Positions 20,342 through 30,670 of a DNA stretch of 56,792 bases are shown one piece after another. The position numbers were made by a program, and so were the translations under genes. The notes below the pieces were generated by a model. It ran no database searches, was not told the DNA's origin, and saw only the letters and a program-made list of their open reading frames with translations. Numbering within the stretch: the stretch's first letter is position 1; the number at the start of each line of letters is the position of its first letter. Origin of the DNA: a virus (taxonomy: Duplodnaviria > Caudoviricetes); the IMG/VR virus record IMGVR_UViG_3300030107_005298, positions 1-56,792 of that record, one strand, 5' to 3'.

Positions 20342-21367
20342 ATGGCAGAATACTTAGGACAGAGAACAAGAGTCGAATTTAATGGTCACGATGTATCACA
20401 TTTAACAGGATGTACAATAGGTACAATGAATCCTGTATTTGATACGTTTCAATCATTAAAGGACCCATTTGACCACGACATAGAGATAACAGAAGAAGCT
20501 ACAGGAACATTTGACTTTGTAGGTTCTGATAAGAGTGGTGACCAAAGGTTCAAAGAGATATTTAAACAAGTTACTGGGTTTGTAGATTTAGACTACACAT
20601 CTACTCCTACTACAGATACACTTACAATGACAGATGAGGACTTCACCAATCCCGATACACAGGGTAGTTATACAGGTAGTAGATTCTTAACTTCATTTAC
20701 GCAGATAGCTGATGGTGATGCTAATATTGTAATGGAAGCTGTTAATGAATCTGTCTGGTTCAAAATAGTAGCTATGGGAGAAACCATTGCCGGCCTAGCA
20801 TTTCCATTTCAAACATCTGGTGGTACAAGTGCAGATATGGAAATAGACTTATATGTCAATAATAGTGGCAAGCCTCACGGCTCTACTAAAGCAAATAGTG
20901 GTTCTGCTGCAACAATATCAACAACATTAGCGCAATCCGATTTTGGTTCTGCACTTAGGTGGAAAGACCTAACCGTACCAGCTACTTGGACAAACTTAAC
21001 GATAGGAGAGACCTATTGGGTTCGAATAAAATTTGACACCGAAACTGGTGTCGGTGTTGACCCAAAACTTAGAGTAAGAACAACTCTCCCACTAAGTAAT
21101 AACGCATCAACGTTCAATGCCGACAGTACATCTGTACCTGCAAGTGCTACAGCAAATACAGAAGTAATACATTATATAAAATATAAAAGCACAGAAGGTT
21201 TAAACGTCGTAGTTTATGACTACGCAGATTTAGCCGAAACAACTGGAGTGAAGTATACCTTCAATAAAGTAAAACTAGATTCAGTCATTCCAAGTTTCGC
21301 AGACAAACAAGCGTCGAGGAGTAGTGTTAGCTGGAAATGCAACGATTATTCCTACGACACAATATGA
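20342..21367 (+). CDS. Tail tube-like protein with inserted beta domain
   Basis: Shares DTFQ.L.D.FDHDIEI.E...G..DF and SFA..QA.R.S.SW with 21379-22059. Confidence 0.6.
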   Translation: MAEYLGQRTRVEFNGHDVSHLTGCTIGTMNPVFDTFQSLKDPFDHDIEITEEATGTFDFVGSDKSGDQRFKEIFKQVTGFVDLDYTSTPTTDTLTMTDEDFTNPDTQGSYTGSRFLTSFTQIADGDANIVMEAVNESVWFKIVAMGETIAGLAFPFQTSGGTSADMEIDLYVNNSGKPHGSTKANSGSAATISTTLAQSDFGSALRWKDLTVPATWTNLTIGETYWVRIKFDTETGVGVDPKLRVRTTLPLSNNASTFNADSTSVPASATANTEVIHYIKYKSTEGLNVVVYDYADLAETTGVKYTFNKVKLDSVIPSFADKQASRSSVSWKCNDYSYDTI

Positions 21368-21378
21368 GGTAAAAAAAT

Positions 21379-22059
21379 ATGGCAACTTTTCTAAAAGATG
21401 GCGTATATGTATATATAGCAAGAGAAAACGCACTCAGTGATGCATTCAGTGGCACCACTGGAAAGCACCTAAGTACATTAACAAAGACTGGAGTTCAAGC
21501 TTTAGGAGCAAGTACTGCAAACCAAGTATATCAACAGATAGAAGATGTTACAGGTGTTTCCATAGGTGGTTACGGATTAGAGTATGATACATTTCAAACT
21601 TTAGCCGATAACTTTGACCACGATATTGAAATCAAAGAGATGGGTAGTGGAAGCGTTGACTTTATCGTAAAGTCAGGCAATAACGTAAGTAATAACACCT
21701 TAGACCACTTAGAACTAAAAGCAATAGCAAAGGACTTTCCTAACGGATATAACGAAGTCGGTAGTAATATAGCAGGATTCGATACATCAATCGATACAAA
21801 AACTACTGTAGGAACCGATGACCGTGGCTATGCTATTTTAGTAAGACAGGTATATGGTAGTGATAATCTTTACTGGTGTTTCCACAACTGTAAAATATCT
21901 TGCTCCATTAGTTTTGCAAACCGACAAGCAACCCGAGGTTCAATGTCTTGGGAAGATGCACGGTATGTCACATTCGATACTGATTCAACTGCATTAGTAG
22001 TTGGAACACATCACCACAGTGACGCAAAAGCTAAAGGATTCCATACGTCAACTGAATAG
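21379..22059 (+). CDS. Major tail tube protein
   Basis: GAGGT SD; precedes the chaperone and tape measure genes. Confidence 0.65.
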   Translation: MATFLKDGVYVYIARENALSDAFSGTTGKHLSTLTKTGVQALGASTANQVYQQIEDVTGVSIGGYGLEYDTFQTLADNFDHDIEIKEMGSGSVDFIVKSGNNVSNNTLDHLELKAIAKDFPNGYNEVGSNIAGFDTSIDTKTTVGTDDRGYAILVRQVYGSDNLYWCFHNCKISCSISFANRQATRGSMSWEDARYVTFDTDSTALVVGTHHHSDAKAKGFHTSTE

Positions 22060-22127
22060 ATTTACGTACGTAACCGCATATGCAAACACCTTAGTGTAAA
22101 CTAAGACAAAAATAAGAGGAAAAGGAA

Positions 22128-22490
22128 ATGGGAAAATTATTAGAAAAATACACAAAACCAGATACAACAGTTGAATTACAACTACCCCTATCGGGGGACG
22201 TATTAAAATTTAAACGTCCAAGTATCGGAGAGATAAAACAATTAACAGAATTTTCAACTTCGTTAGAAGGAAACCCTGACGCAGACGTTCGTATCTGCGC
22301 CAAAGTTCTCAAAATGCTCTGCTTAGAATTTGCAGAGGAATCTGAGAAAGCATTACAAGAAGACTTAGCTAGTTTAGAAGCTCCTGATAGAGCAGCTATT
22401 CTACCATTCTATTTTGAATTATTGGGTATTAACAGAGATGAAATCTGGAAAACTATCTCTCAAAATTTAGAGACGACGACCAAGAACTAG
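22128..22490 (+). CDS. Tail assembly chaperone (gpG-like)
   Basis: Position, FKRPSIGE motif and a slippery site at its 3' end. Confidence 0.75.
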   Translation: MGKLLEKYTKPDTTVELQLPLSGDVLKFKRPSIGEIKQLTEFSTSLEGNPDADVRICAKVLKMLCLEFAEESEKALQEDLASLEAPDRAAILPFYFELLGINRDEIWKTISQNLETTTKN

Positions 22491-22759
22491 CCTTATTAAA
22501 CATCGCAAAAGAATGGTCGTTGCCGGTCGTTAGCGAGCCCTGGTTTAACTTACCGATAGTAACGGAATGGACCTGGGATAAGGCGGACGGAACAATCGCA
22601 GCCACTAGTATAGAGCAGAGAAAGGTACAGATTAGAGATATACCCTCGGTTTTTAACTTACCACCTGAGGTGTTGATATCTATGAATGCATTCGATGCAT
22701 ATGTCGCTGAGGAAAAACAGAGACAAATAGAAGAGGCTCAAGCAAACGCAAAAAGATGA
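22463..22759 (+). CDS. -1 frameshift extension of the tail chaperone (gpGT-like)
   Basis: A AAT TTA heptamer at 22463-22469; the -1 frame is open to the stop at 22759. Confidence 0.75.
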   Translation, partial: KFRDDDQELALLNIAKEWSLPVVSEPWFNLPIVTEWTWDKADGTIAATSIEQRKVQIRDIPSVFNLPPEVLISMNAFDAYVAEEKQRQIEEAQANAKR

Positions 22760-24342
22760 CAGTAGAAGAAGAACTAGCCAGGAAAACGCTTGCTCTAGAC
22801 GGTGCAGTCAGAGGTAGATTTGATGGTAAATTTGCTTCAAGTGCCGAAATACAAAGACAAATTGGGAGCATACCTAGAGTAGAGTATGTCGAATCTTCCA
22901 CTGTTAGAAGAAATCTCAGACAAATTAGTGCAAAAACTGGTAGAGACGCTGTCAATTCTTTGTTTAAAAACGAATTAAGCAAGCAAGGTAAGGCATTTGG
23001 AAACTTTGTTAATAATTTACCAAAAGGAACTCTAGATAATTTAACAAACTTGCCTGGAAGAGTTGCTTTAAATACTATAGAAGCTAATAATTCTGTAGGT
23101 AAGTTAGAAGCTAAAAAGAAATACATAGAATTAACAATGAACTATGTAAATCAACACGCTGGCGGAATCATTGGAGATGCAATCAAAGAAGAATATTTCC
23201 AAGCTGGTAGAATGAATTGGGAACCTTTGAATCCAGAAACCATAAAAAGAAAGGTAGCTAGAAACAAAAAATTTGGTGGTAGATATCCACGACCACATAT
23301 TCCATTGTTTGGTACTACATATACAGCTGGTTTACCAGACAATTGGTTACTTTACACATACAAATTAAATGATTTTCCAAAAAGAAGTCCATCTGCATTA
23401 CCGCATTATGGGATAAGTACATATATGGTAGCACCTGGACAATCAGCTACAGCCGGCGTGCAAAGTAGCTCTGGATTTTTTTCCCAGCCTTACAAAATGA
23501 AACTCCAAGGAAAGGAAACCGGCAAGACTGCATACCCACCTGAAATGAGAGGCGCCGCTTTGATGGACGTAGTGGCCCATTTAGCCCCTGTAGCTATGGT
23601 TACTAAGCCCTATGCAGGCAGAGGATATCAAGCAGCTTTAAAGGCCGCTGCTGCCAATCCTGATACAGCAAGAAGCGCCAATATGAAAATAGATGGAATT
23701 ATACAACCATTCTACATTACACCTTATGTTTTCTTTCACGAGACTGGTACAAGTACAATGCCCAAGAGAAGTTTCATAGAGCGTGGGCTAGCAGTTGGTA
23801 TGGGTAGAGTAGAACAATTAATACACGTATATATTGAAGAAGGAGCTAAAGCATTTAGAAAAGCTTACGCTGAAACAAACTTCGAAGGAATACGTGACTT
23901 AGATGAAATACAGGCATATTATAGAGCTGAGTCAGATAGAGCCGGAGATGCTGCACGTTTAGCTAAAATAAAGGGAAAAGCAGGTACACGTAAAGAACCA
24001 AGAACTTCTCTCATTGACCATCAATTTGATAATGTGTTAGTTAAACACAAGCAGATAAAGGGTATTATTAGACGACTTTTTGGTAATCACTTAGTATGGT
24101 GGTTTGTTCCACCAAGTAAATACTGGCACTACATCGGTATGGCTTCTGACATTAGAGGTTTACTCTTTGGTCAAAAAAATATGGGTACAGCTAAAGCATA
24201 CGTACAAGCTATGACTGTAGGTCTTGCTGGTGCACGTATGGGTTCACCAGTTCCATTTACACGTAAAGCAAGAAGACGTAAATTCCGTAAAGGTTTATAT
24301 ACTAGGGCTGGTTATCACAGAGCAACGGTGGGTGGTAGTTAA
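22756..24342 (+). CDS. Large basic virion morphogenesis/neck-type protein
   Basis: WEPLNPETIKRK and YVFFHETGTSTMPKRSF match the Mu gpG/P2 gpS/HK97 gp10-type pattern. Confidence 0.55.
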   Translation: MTVEEELARKTLALDGAVRGRFDGKFASSAEIQRQIGSIPRVEYVESSTVRRNLRQISAKTGRDAVNSLFKNELSKQGKAFGNFVNNLPKGTLDNLTNLPGRVALNTIEANNSVGKLEAKKKYIELTMNYVNQHAGGIIGDAIKEEYFQAGRMNWEPLNPETIKRKVARNKKFGGRYPRPHIPLFGTTYTAGLPDNWLLYTYKLNDFPKRSPSALPHYGISTYMVAPGQSATAGVQSSSGFFSQPYKMKLQGKETGKTAYPPEMRGAALMDVVAHLAPVAMVTKPYAGRGYQAALKAAAANPDTARSANMKIDGIIQPFYITPYVFFHETGTSTMPKRSFIERGLAVGMGRVEQLIHVYIEEGAKAFRKAYAETNFEGIRDLDEIQAYYRAESDRAGDAARLAKIKGKAGTRKEPRTSLIDHQFDNVLVKHKQIKGIIRRLFGNHLVWWFVPPSKYWHYIGMASDIRGLLFGQKNMGTAKAYVQAMTVGLAGARMGSPVPFTRKARRRKFRKGLYTRAGYHRATVGGS

Positions 24343-26309
24343 TGGCAAACACAATTGACTACATAGTAAGAACTGGACAGGCTCAGGCCTCATTAACGCA
24401 ATTACAAAACAGAATGATGTTGACATCTAGTGCAATATCATCTGGAGCAAGAATAGCAGATACTGCACTTATGGCAGTGTCAGCCTCTTTTATCGCAATG
24501 GGAGCTGGTGCCTTTGTAGCATATAATGCAGTTAAACAATTCCAAGAATCTCTTATGACTGTACGTGCTTTAGGTGGAATTACCGAAGCACAGATGTTTC
24601 AACTAGCTGATTCTATTAACGAAGTTGCTATGCAGTTTGGTGTATCTGGTGAAGAGATAGCCGAAGGTGCGGTTATGTTATCTAAAGCTGGTTTAACGGT
24701 AGACCAGATAAATGAATCTATTGGAGCAATGACTGCTCTATCTAAGGCAAACGGAATTGCCTTTGAAGAAGCTGCACGTATGACTGTATTCGCTGTTAAT
24801 ACGTTCGGCAAAGAGTTTAGCGAAGCCACTGACTTAATGGATGCTATGCAGGTAGCAACACAAGAATCTATTTTAGATATAGGTGACTTGCAGAAAGCAT
24901 TCGCATTTGCAGGTTCTACTGCAGTTATGTCGGGCGTAAGTTTCGAGCAGTTAGTATCTATAATGGCAGTTCTATCTAACCGTGCGTTAGAGGCTGGTAT
25001 CAGTGCACGTTCTGTAAACAAGATGTTCTTGGATATGATAATGAACACTGACGAACTTCAAGAGTTTATGAACAATATGGGTATGACTTTCCAAATCATA
25101 CGTGATGGTAAGTTAGATATTGACGCACTTATGCAAGCATTTGCTGGTGAACAACTAACGTTGGAGATGCTTCAGCAAGCTTCAGACGTGTTTACTGTAC
25201 GTGCGTTACGTTCGTTTGGTTTGTTACTAGGTGCTGCAGATGAATATAATACTATGCTCGCCAGCGTAACTAACTCACAAGGAGCATTACAAGAAGTTGT
25301 AGCAATACAGATGCAATCGTTTACGGCAATGTTCGCCAAGTTGCGTCAAGAGTTATTAGCTCCATTACGTTCGCCTGAAGTCATAGAACAAGTTGGTATA
25401 ATGGTTGACAGATTTATTGTAATGTTTCAAGCATTAAAACCAGATTTACTTAACTCAGTTATAACTGGATTAGTAGGTTTTAGTGATATAATTACATCAG
25501 ATACATTTTTAGCTGCGCTTTCATTTATGGGAGATGCATTATTTACAATTTTCCAAGCATTTAAATTTATTGGGGACTTGGCTAGTAGTCCAGCTGGATA
25601 TCTGTTGGGAATTGCAGTGGCATTTAAGTTAGCTCAAATAGCTATGATTCCATTACTTATGACAACACAGTCATATAATTTTACATTACAACAACAAAAA
25701 GAGAGGTATGTTGATTTACAGGTGGCTAAACTACAAGCCAAAACAGCGACCGAGAAAGAAGTTATTTCTCAAAATCTTCTATTTTTATCTACTCAAAGAG
25801 TTACTACAGCAATGAGTGCATTATTAGGTGCAATGGGTTCTATGCTTGCAATGGGTATGATATTAGGTTCTACAGATAATCCGGTAATTGCATTCTTTTT
25901 ATTGTTAACTACTGTTGTGCAAACTGCTAGTACAGCAATGATGGTTTTTAATGCATTACAGGCGGCAAAAATGGGAGGTCCCAGCGCTCCCGCAATATTT
26001 GCCGGACTATTAGGATTACAATTAGCTACAGCTGGAGCTTTTTATGCATCTAGACAAGCTCAAAAGGCTGAAATAGAAAGTCAATATGGAGTTTTTGATA
26101 ATGGTGGTATGATAGCTGGTAGTAGACACCAGTTGGTTTATGTGGAACCAGGCGAAACAATAGTGCCAAAGACACAGAATATGTTAGGAGGAGGAATGAC
26201 AGTAAACGTAGGAGATGTATACGCTCAGGATGGAACGGATTTCGCTAATAAATTAGCAGACGCATTACCATATGCATTAAGAAGGGTAAGCGATAGAGGA
26301 GGTATTTAA
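24342..26309 (+). CDS. Tail tape measure protein
   Basis: Ala-rich helical TP901-like core, hydrophobic segments, C-terminal FDNGG...EPGETIVP. Confidence 0.88.
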   Translation: MANTIDYIVRTGQAQASLTQLQNRMMLTSSAISSGARIADTALMAVSASFIAMGAGAFVAYNAVKQFQESLMTVRALGGITEAQMFQLADSINEVAMQFGVSGEEIAEGAVMLSKAGLTVDQINESIGAMTALSKANGIAFEEAARMTVFAVNTFGKEFSEATDLMDAMQVATQESILDIGDLQKAFAFAGSTAVMSGVSFEQLVSIMAVLSNRALEAGISARSVNKMFLDMIMNTDELQEFMNNMGMTFQIIRDGKLDIDALMQAFAGEQLTLEMLQQASDVFTVRALRSFGLLLGAADEYNTMLASVTNSQGALQEVVAIQMQSFTAMFAKLRQELLAPLRSPEVIEQVGIMVDRFIVMFQALKPDLLNSVITGLVGFSDIITSDTFLAALSFMGDALFTIFQAFKFIGDLASSPAGYLLGIAVAFKLAQIAMIPLLMTTQSYNFTLQQQKERYVDLQVAKLQAKTATEKEVISQNLLFLSTQRVTTAMSALLGAMGSMLAMGMILGSTDNPVIAFFLLLTTVVQTASTAMMVFNALQAAKMGGPSAPAIFAGLLGLQLATAGAFYASRQAQKAEIESQYGVFDNGGMIAGSRHQLVYVEPGETIVPKTQNMLGGGMTVNVGDVYAQDGTDFANKLADALPYALRRVSDRGGI

Positions 26310-29300
26310 TGGTATTAACACAAGGTGGACAAGTCGCAGGTGGCGGAATAACTCCAAATCGACCAACTGTAGATATAAGTAAACAGTTTAGTATTTATAC
26401 ACCAGCTACTGAGGGACAGATTATTTTAAATTCAGAGGGAAAAGGTAATCCAGGAACTGCTCCTGGTGGATTAAGAAAAACATCTAGAGTTTACTATAGA
26501 AAAGTAGACTTAACAGATGGAGCAGAATTAAAATCATCATTTGGAGATGTTAATGTCGGAAATAGTGCTAGTGCTACTATACAGGGAGGTCCATTTAAAT
26601 CTATTTTTTATTCTAATTATACATTACCAAGTAAACCTAAATACGGTGATGCTAAATTAGTCGGGTTACATTATGGGGTACCAGTTACAAACGTTACAAG
26701 AAAAACGTTAAGCTCTGTACCTAACTTTAATGTATGGAAAGGAAAACAAACATCTTTTACAGATGGTTCTTGTACTGTAGATAATACGCCAGTGGCCGCA
26801 TTTATGTCGCACATTGATGTTGCACCAAACGTATATGAAGGATTTGATGGTGGTTCTGCGGGTGCTACTGGCGTTACTAGGAGAATTGGAAACAGAGTTG
26901 TATCACATATGGATGAATATCTTCCAGCTGATTGGGCTTGGCGTAACATACAAACTGGAACCAAACAGGGGTTAGACAGCTATGAAGACTTTTTAGATAG
27001 ATATTGCGTAAAAGCTGAGGGTGTTATATCTGGATTTGCTTGTCCTGTTCGTCAGACTGCTTTTTCTCTCTTAAGTACACTAGGTACTGTAGTTAATCCA
27101 TTTAGATGGGGAGATATAGGAGATGGCGTTACTACGACATATGAACCTACACGAGGAAAAGCAAATATGGATTTAATAGAACCAGTCTGGGATACAATTG
27201 CAGTTAAAAATGCAGGATATCCATTGACTGAATTTGTAGAAGTAGTTTCTGAAGATGTAACAACGACGTCGGATGTCAATAGTAACAATAGTTTGTTTCA
27301 CATTTATTCCAACAATATTAACGCTGCTAGCGCTGATGATGCACCAATATACGAGGCATCTGTAAAGTATTCAGGAGAAAAAGTATTAACTGGAGCATAT
27401 TCTGCAAAAATGAGGACATATTGGTCAAATAGTACTGTTTCTATAGGTACTATGCCTGATATTAAAGATAGTGGAGCTACAGACAGACAAGAAGTTATAA
27501 TGCAGTATGGGCCAATGCCTTGTCCTACTGTACTAGATATGGAAGCAAGTACACATAATGAAACTGCGTATAGAATAGGATTTGATTTGTACATCGATAA
27601 ATTAGCGGCAGCTTGGTCTGGAGGTAGTGGTGTAGACGAAGATAGATTAACTAGAGGTTTTGTAGTTACAATTTCTGATAAACAATATACTAGATTAGAT
27701 GGAACTTTATATGATTGGATAAAAGCTGAAGATGACGATTCAGAAGAATTTGCGTATTTTGCTATTCTTAATTCATCTCAAGATTCATCTAATGCTGCGG
27801 ATGCTGACCACTCTGTATACTTAATAGGAAGCAATCAGTACCATTTAGCAGATGGTGGAGGCAATTCTAATTTTGACGAAGATGCTACTAATAAAATGAT
27901 TAGAGTAAAATCGGGAGTTGACCCATTCTCTACAGCAGGAATAGACCACACAGAATCTGCAGGTATACCTACTGGACAATGGCTACATTTTGATATATCT
28001 ACAGTTCCATTTTTATATGGTTACAGGTTAAGAGTTACAACTCCAACTCCAGATGGTAGTGAAAATGTATTATCTGCATTTCAATTGAGAACTACAGATA
28101 ATAGTCGCCAATCAGAAGTTACAAATTGGACTCCATATATACAGTTTTGGTTAGTTAATTATCCATCTGACCACGGTAATGATAATGCATATTCTGCAGC
28201 TCAAGATACAGAAAGCGTTGTATATTTAGATAATTTTAAAATTACAAACGCTAATTACACATTAGAAAATGCAACTATATGTGAAGAAAACATTGGACAC
28301 AAAAGTAAATTAACTTTTGGTGCAAACACAGCAAGAGATGAAAGTAATGGAACGCACGATTCTGCTAGAATATTATCTTTAGGATTTCAAGAAGTAGATG
28401 ATTTTCCAGATGGTACATTAAAAAACTTAATGTTTAGTTCTTATTCTACTACAAATATAAATGATGTCTCAGAACTGCCAGCATCTAATACTAAATTTGC
28501 CTTTAGTGCATTTAGCACTGCTAATGCAGGTCACTTAAAAATGGGATGGCCAATGGGACACGATTCAAATGGTCAAAGTACAAATGATGCAATTTACGCA
28601 TTTACTGATGGTACATCTCCAAATATTGGTTTGACTGATGGAGGAACAATAGGTAGCTTAGCACCAGATGGAGGCACGGGCACAGAAGTAGCTTGGAATG
28701 GCGTTAGCGGACTTCAAGGATTTAGTCAAAAAGGATTACTTCAAGTTTCGTTTGATGATGCAAACTATGCTAATTTTACAAAAACTAGAAGAGAAAATCA
28801 TTTTGTTAAAGCTAGAGTTTTAAAAATAATAGAATCATCTTCTAATGGCGGTAAATTTTTAATTGATAATCCTGAAATATTTAGATTGCCTTCTTTAGAG
28901 AATAATTTATATCCAACGACTTATAGATTATATATACACAATTCAGATTATGCTACAGATGGAGACCCAAATACAGGATTAAGAGACTTATTTTTAAAGA
29001 GTATAGAAGGAAATATAGTTGAATTAACTGGAAATGTATTACAAGATGCAGGAGGTACAGATTTAGCAATAACTGATAATATATCTACTCTATGTATTTC
29101 TCCAGTTATGTATTGGTTATGTATGTATTATAATTGGAATGATGGCACAGATAACTTACCAGATAGATATTACAATTCAGTGCATAATGTAAATAGCGGA
29201 GTTGCTGCAGGTATTAGCGCAGGCAACTATGGAGCTACTTGGAACGAACATAAATTTACTGATGCTTCAACTTACGACAATGGATGGTCGTGGGGAAAAT

Positions 29301-30670
29301 CAGAAAGCTCTAATTTAGTAATATCGACTGACTATGGATTTGGAGCATATGATTCTGAAACTAAAATGGGAGGATACTGTGGTAAATTTAATCCTTCTAC
29401 AGCAAGCCCAACGGGTTCTGCAACGACTGGAACTAGATATAATTTAGTTGATGTAAGTGGATTAGTTACAGTGGATGATGCTCAACCAGAATCTACAATC
29501 GCACTTGCTATAACACCAGAAGAAGATTTATTAGAACACACAGTAACAATAGATACTGACGAAGCTTCAGCAGGACAGAGACCATTTATCTTAGCAGGTT
29601 TTATGGATAATGTAGCTCCTGCACCACAATTGTCAGTAAGTCCTTACGAAAATGACCCAACTAAATACCAATTTGATTGGTCGGCGTCAGGAAAAGATTA
29701 TTGGTACGGATTTATTATAATAGACAAAGAACCTATATTAAATAAATATCACAAAGTTGGTATGCATATACCTAACTTTTTTACATTAGCTAATTACGAT
29801 GGTAACGTAGATTATGCTTCTGGTACAAGTTCTGGACTAAAATATTATAATTACCCAGAAAATAATACGTATGATTTAGAATTAGATAGTACATTTAGTG
29901 TCGATTTTGAAGGAATATGTGGGTTGACTCCTAAATTTGATGGTGATGCGTACATTAGAGCAGATGCAGACCATATGGAAATAGAAGACCCTGGAAGTCC
30001 ATCACCACCTACGACTAATGCTACCTTTATGGCACACGTTCGCATATCTGAATTACCAAGTTCGGGTACTGACGAGATAGTAACAATATCTGATAACTCA
30101 GGTAATGTAGCGTTTGAATTAGAAATAGGAACGACTGGTATACTTACAGCCACAGTTGCACCTGGAAGTGGTACAGCTGTAGCACTAACGTCCACCAAAC
30201 AACTCATAGCAGATAACGAAAGTCCTACGTCCGTGATTGTAACTCTAGATACTGAGATAGATTCTGGAAATGTAAAATTATTTATAGATGGTAGACTAGA
30301 AGACCAGAGTGGATTACGAACTGCGGCCGGAAGTGCAGACAATTGGAAAACTGGAGAAAGTTTAGATGACCCATCTAATGGTTACGTTTATTTAGGAAAC
30401 AACGATAGTAATGATGGGTTTCACGGAACTATTGAAGAATTCGTTGTGTCTCATAGAACTTTTTATCCAGTTGTAGTAAGCGACGGTAGTTTTGTTTTAG
30501 ATAAAGCATTAAAAGATTTAATTGCAGACTCAAGTGGAGTTTCGCAATCATATAGTGCTCGATTATTTTTGTGTGATTACCATAATATTTCTGGTAAGAC
30601 AGCTAGTGAAATATCTATGTCTGCTCCAGTATCTATGAGAAAAACAGCATTTAGAGTGAGAGGTGACTAA
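26309..30670 (+). CDS. Large tail-tip/receptor-binding protein with C-terminal LamG-like domain
   Basis: Follows the tape measure gene; VKLFIDG...YLGN...FHGTIEEF near the C-terminus. Confidence 0.6.
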   Translation: MVLTQGGQVAGGGITPNRPTVDISKQFSIYTPATEGQIILNSEGKGNPGTAPGGLRKTSRVYYRKVDLTDGAELKSSFGDVNVGNSASATIQGGPFKSIFYSNYTLPSKPKYGDAKLVGLHYGVPVTNVTRKTLSSVPNFNVWKGKQTSFTDGSCTVDNTPVAAFMSHIDVAPNVYEGFDGGSAGATGVTRRIGNRVVSHMDEYLPADWAWRNIQTGTKQGLDSYEDFLDRYCVKAEGVISGFACPVRQTAFSLLSTLGTVVNPFRWGDIGDGVTTTYEPTRGKANMDLIEPVWDTIAVKNAGYPLTEFVEVVSEDVTTTSDVNSNNSLFHIYSNNINAASADDAPIYEASVKYSGEKVLTGAYSAKMRTYWSNSTVSIGTMPDIKDSGATDRQEVIMQYGPMPCPTVLDMEASTHNETAYRIGFDLYIDKLAAAWSGGSGVDEDRLTRGFVVTISDKQYTRLDGTLYDWIKAEDDDSEEFAYFAILNSSQDSSNAADADHSVYLIGSNQYHLADGGGNSNFDEDATNKMIRVKSGVDPFSTAGIDHTESAGIPTGQWLHFDISTVPFLYGYRLRVTTPTPDGSENVLSAFQLRTTDNSRQSEVTNWTPYIQFWLVNYPSDHGNDNAYSAAQDTESVVYLDNFKITNANYTLENATICEENIGHKSKLTFGANTARDESNGTHDSARILSLGFQEVDDFPDGTLKNLMFSSYSTTNINDVSELPASNTKFAFSAFSTANAGHLKMGWPMGHDSNGQSTNDAIYAFTDGTSPNIGLTDGGTIGSLAPDGGTGTEVAWNGVSGLQGFSQKGLLQVSFDDANYANFTKTRRENHFVKARVLKIIESSSNGGKFLIDNPEIFRLPSLENNLYPTTYRLYIHNSDYATDGDPNTGLRDLFLKSIEGNIVELTGNVLQDAGGTDLAITDNISTLCISPVMYWLCMYYNWNDGTDNLPDRYYNSVHNVNSGVAAGISAGNYGATWNEHKFTDASTYDNGWSWGKSESSNLVISTDYGFGAYDSETKMGGYCGKFNPSTASPTGSATTGTRYNLVDVSGLVTVDDAQPESTIALAITPEEDLLEHTVTIDTDEASAGQRPFILAGFMDNVAPAPQLSVSPYENDPTKYQFDWSASGKDYWYGFIIIDKEPILNKYHKVGMHIPNFFTLANYDGNVDYASGTSSGLKYYNYPENNTYDLELDSTFSVDFEGICGLTPKFDGDAYIRADADHMEIEDPGSPSPPTTNATFMAHVRISELPSSGTDEIVTISDNSGNVAFELEIGTTGILTATVAPGSGTAVALTSTKQLIADNESPTSVIVTLDTEIDSGNVKLFIDGRLEDQSGLRTAAGSADNWKTGESLDDPSNGYVYLGNNDSNDGFHGTIEEFVVSHRTFYPVVVSDGSFVLDKALKDLIADSSGVSQSYSARLFLCDYHNISGKTASEISMSAPVSMRKTAFRVRGD

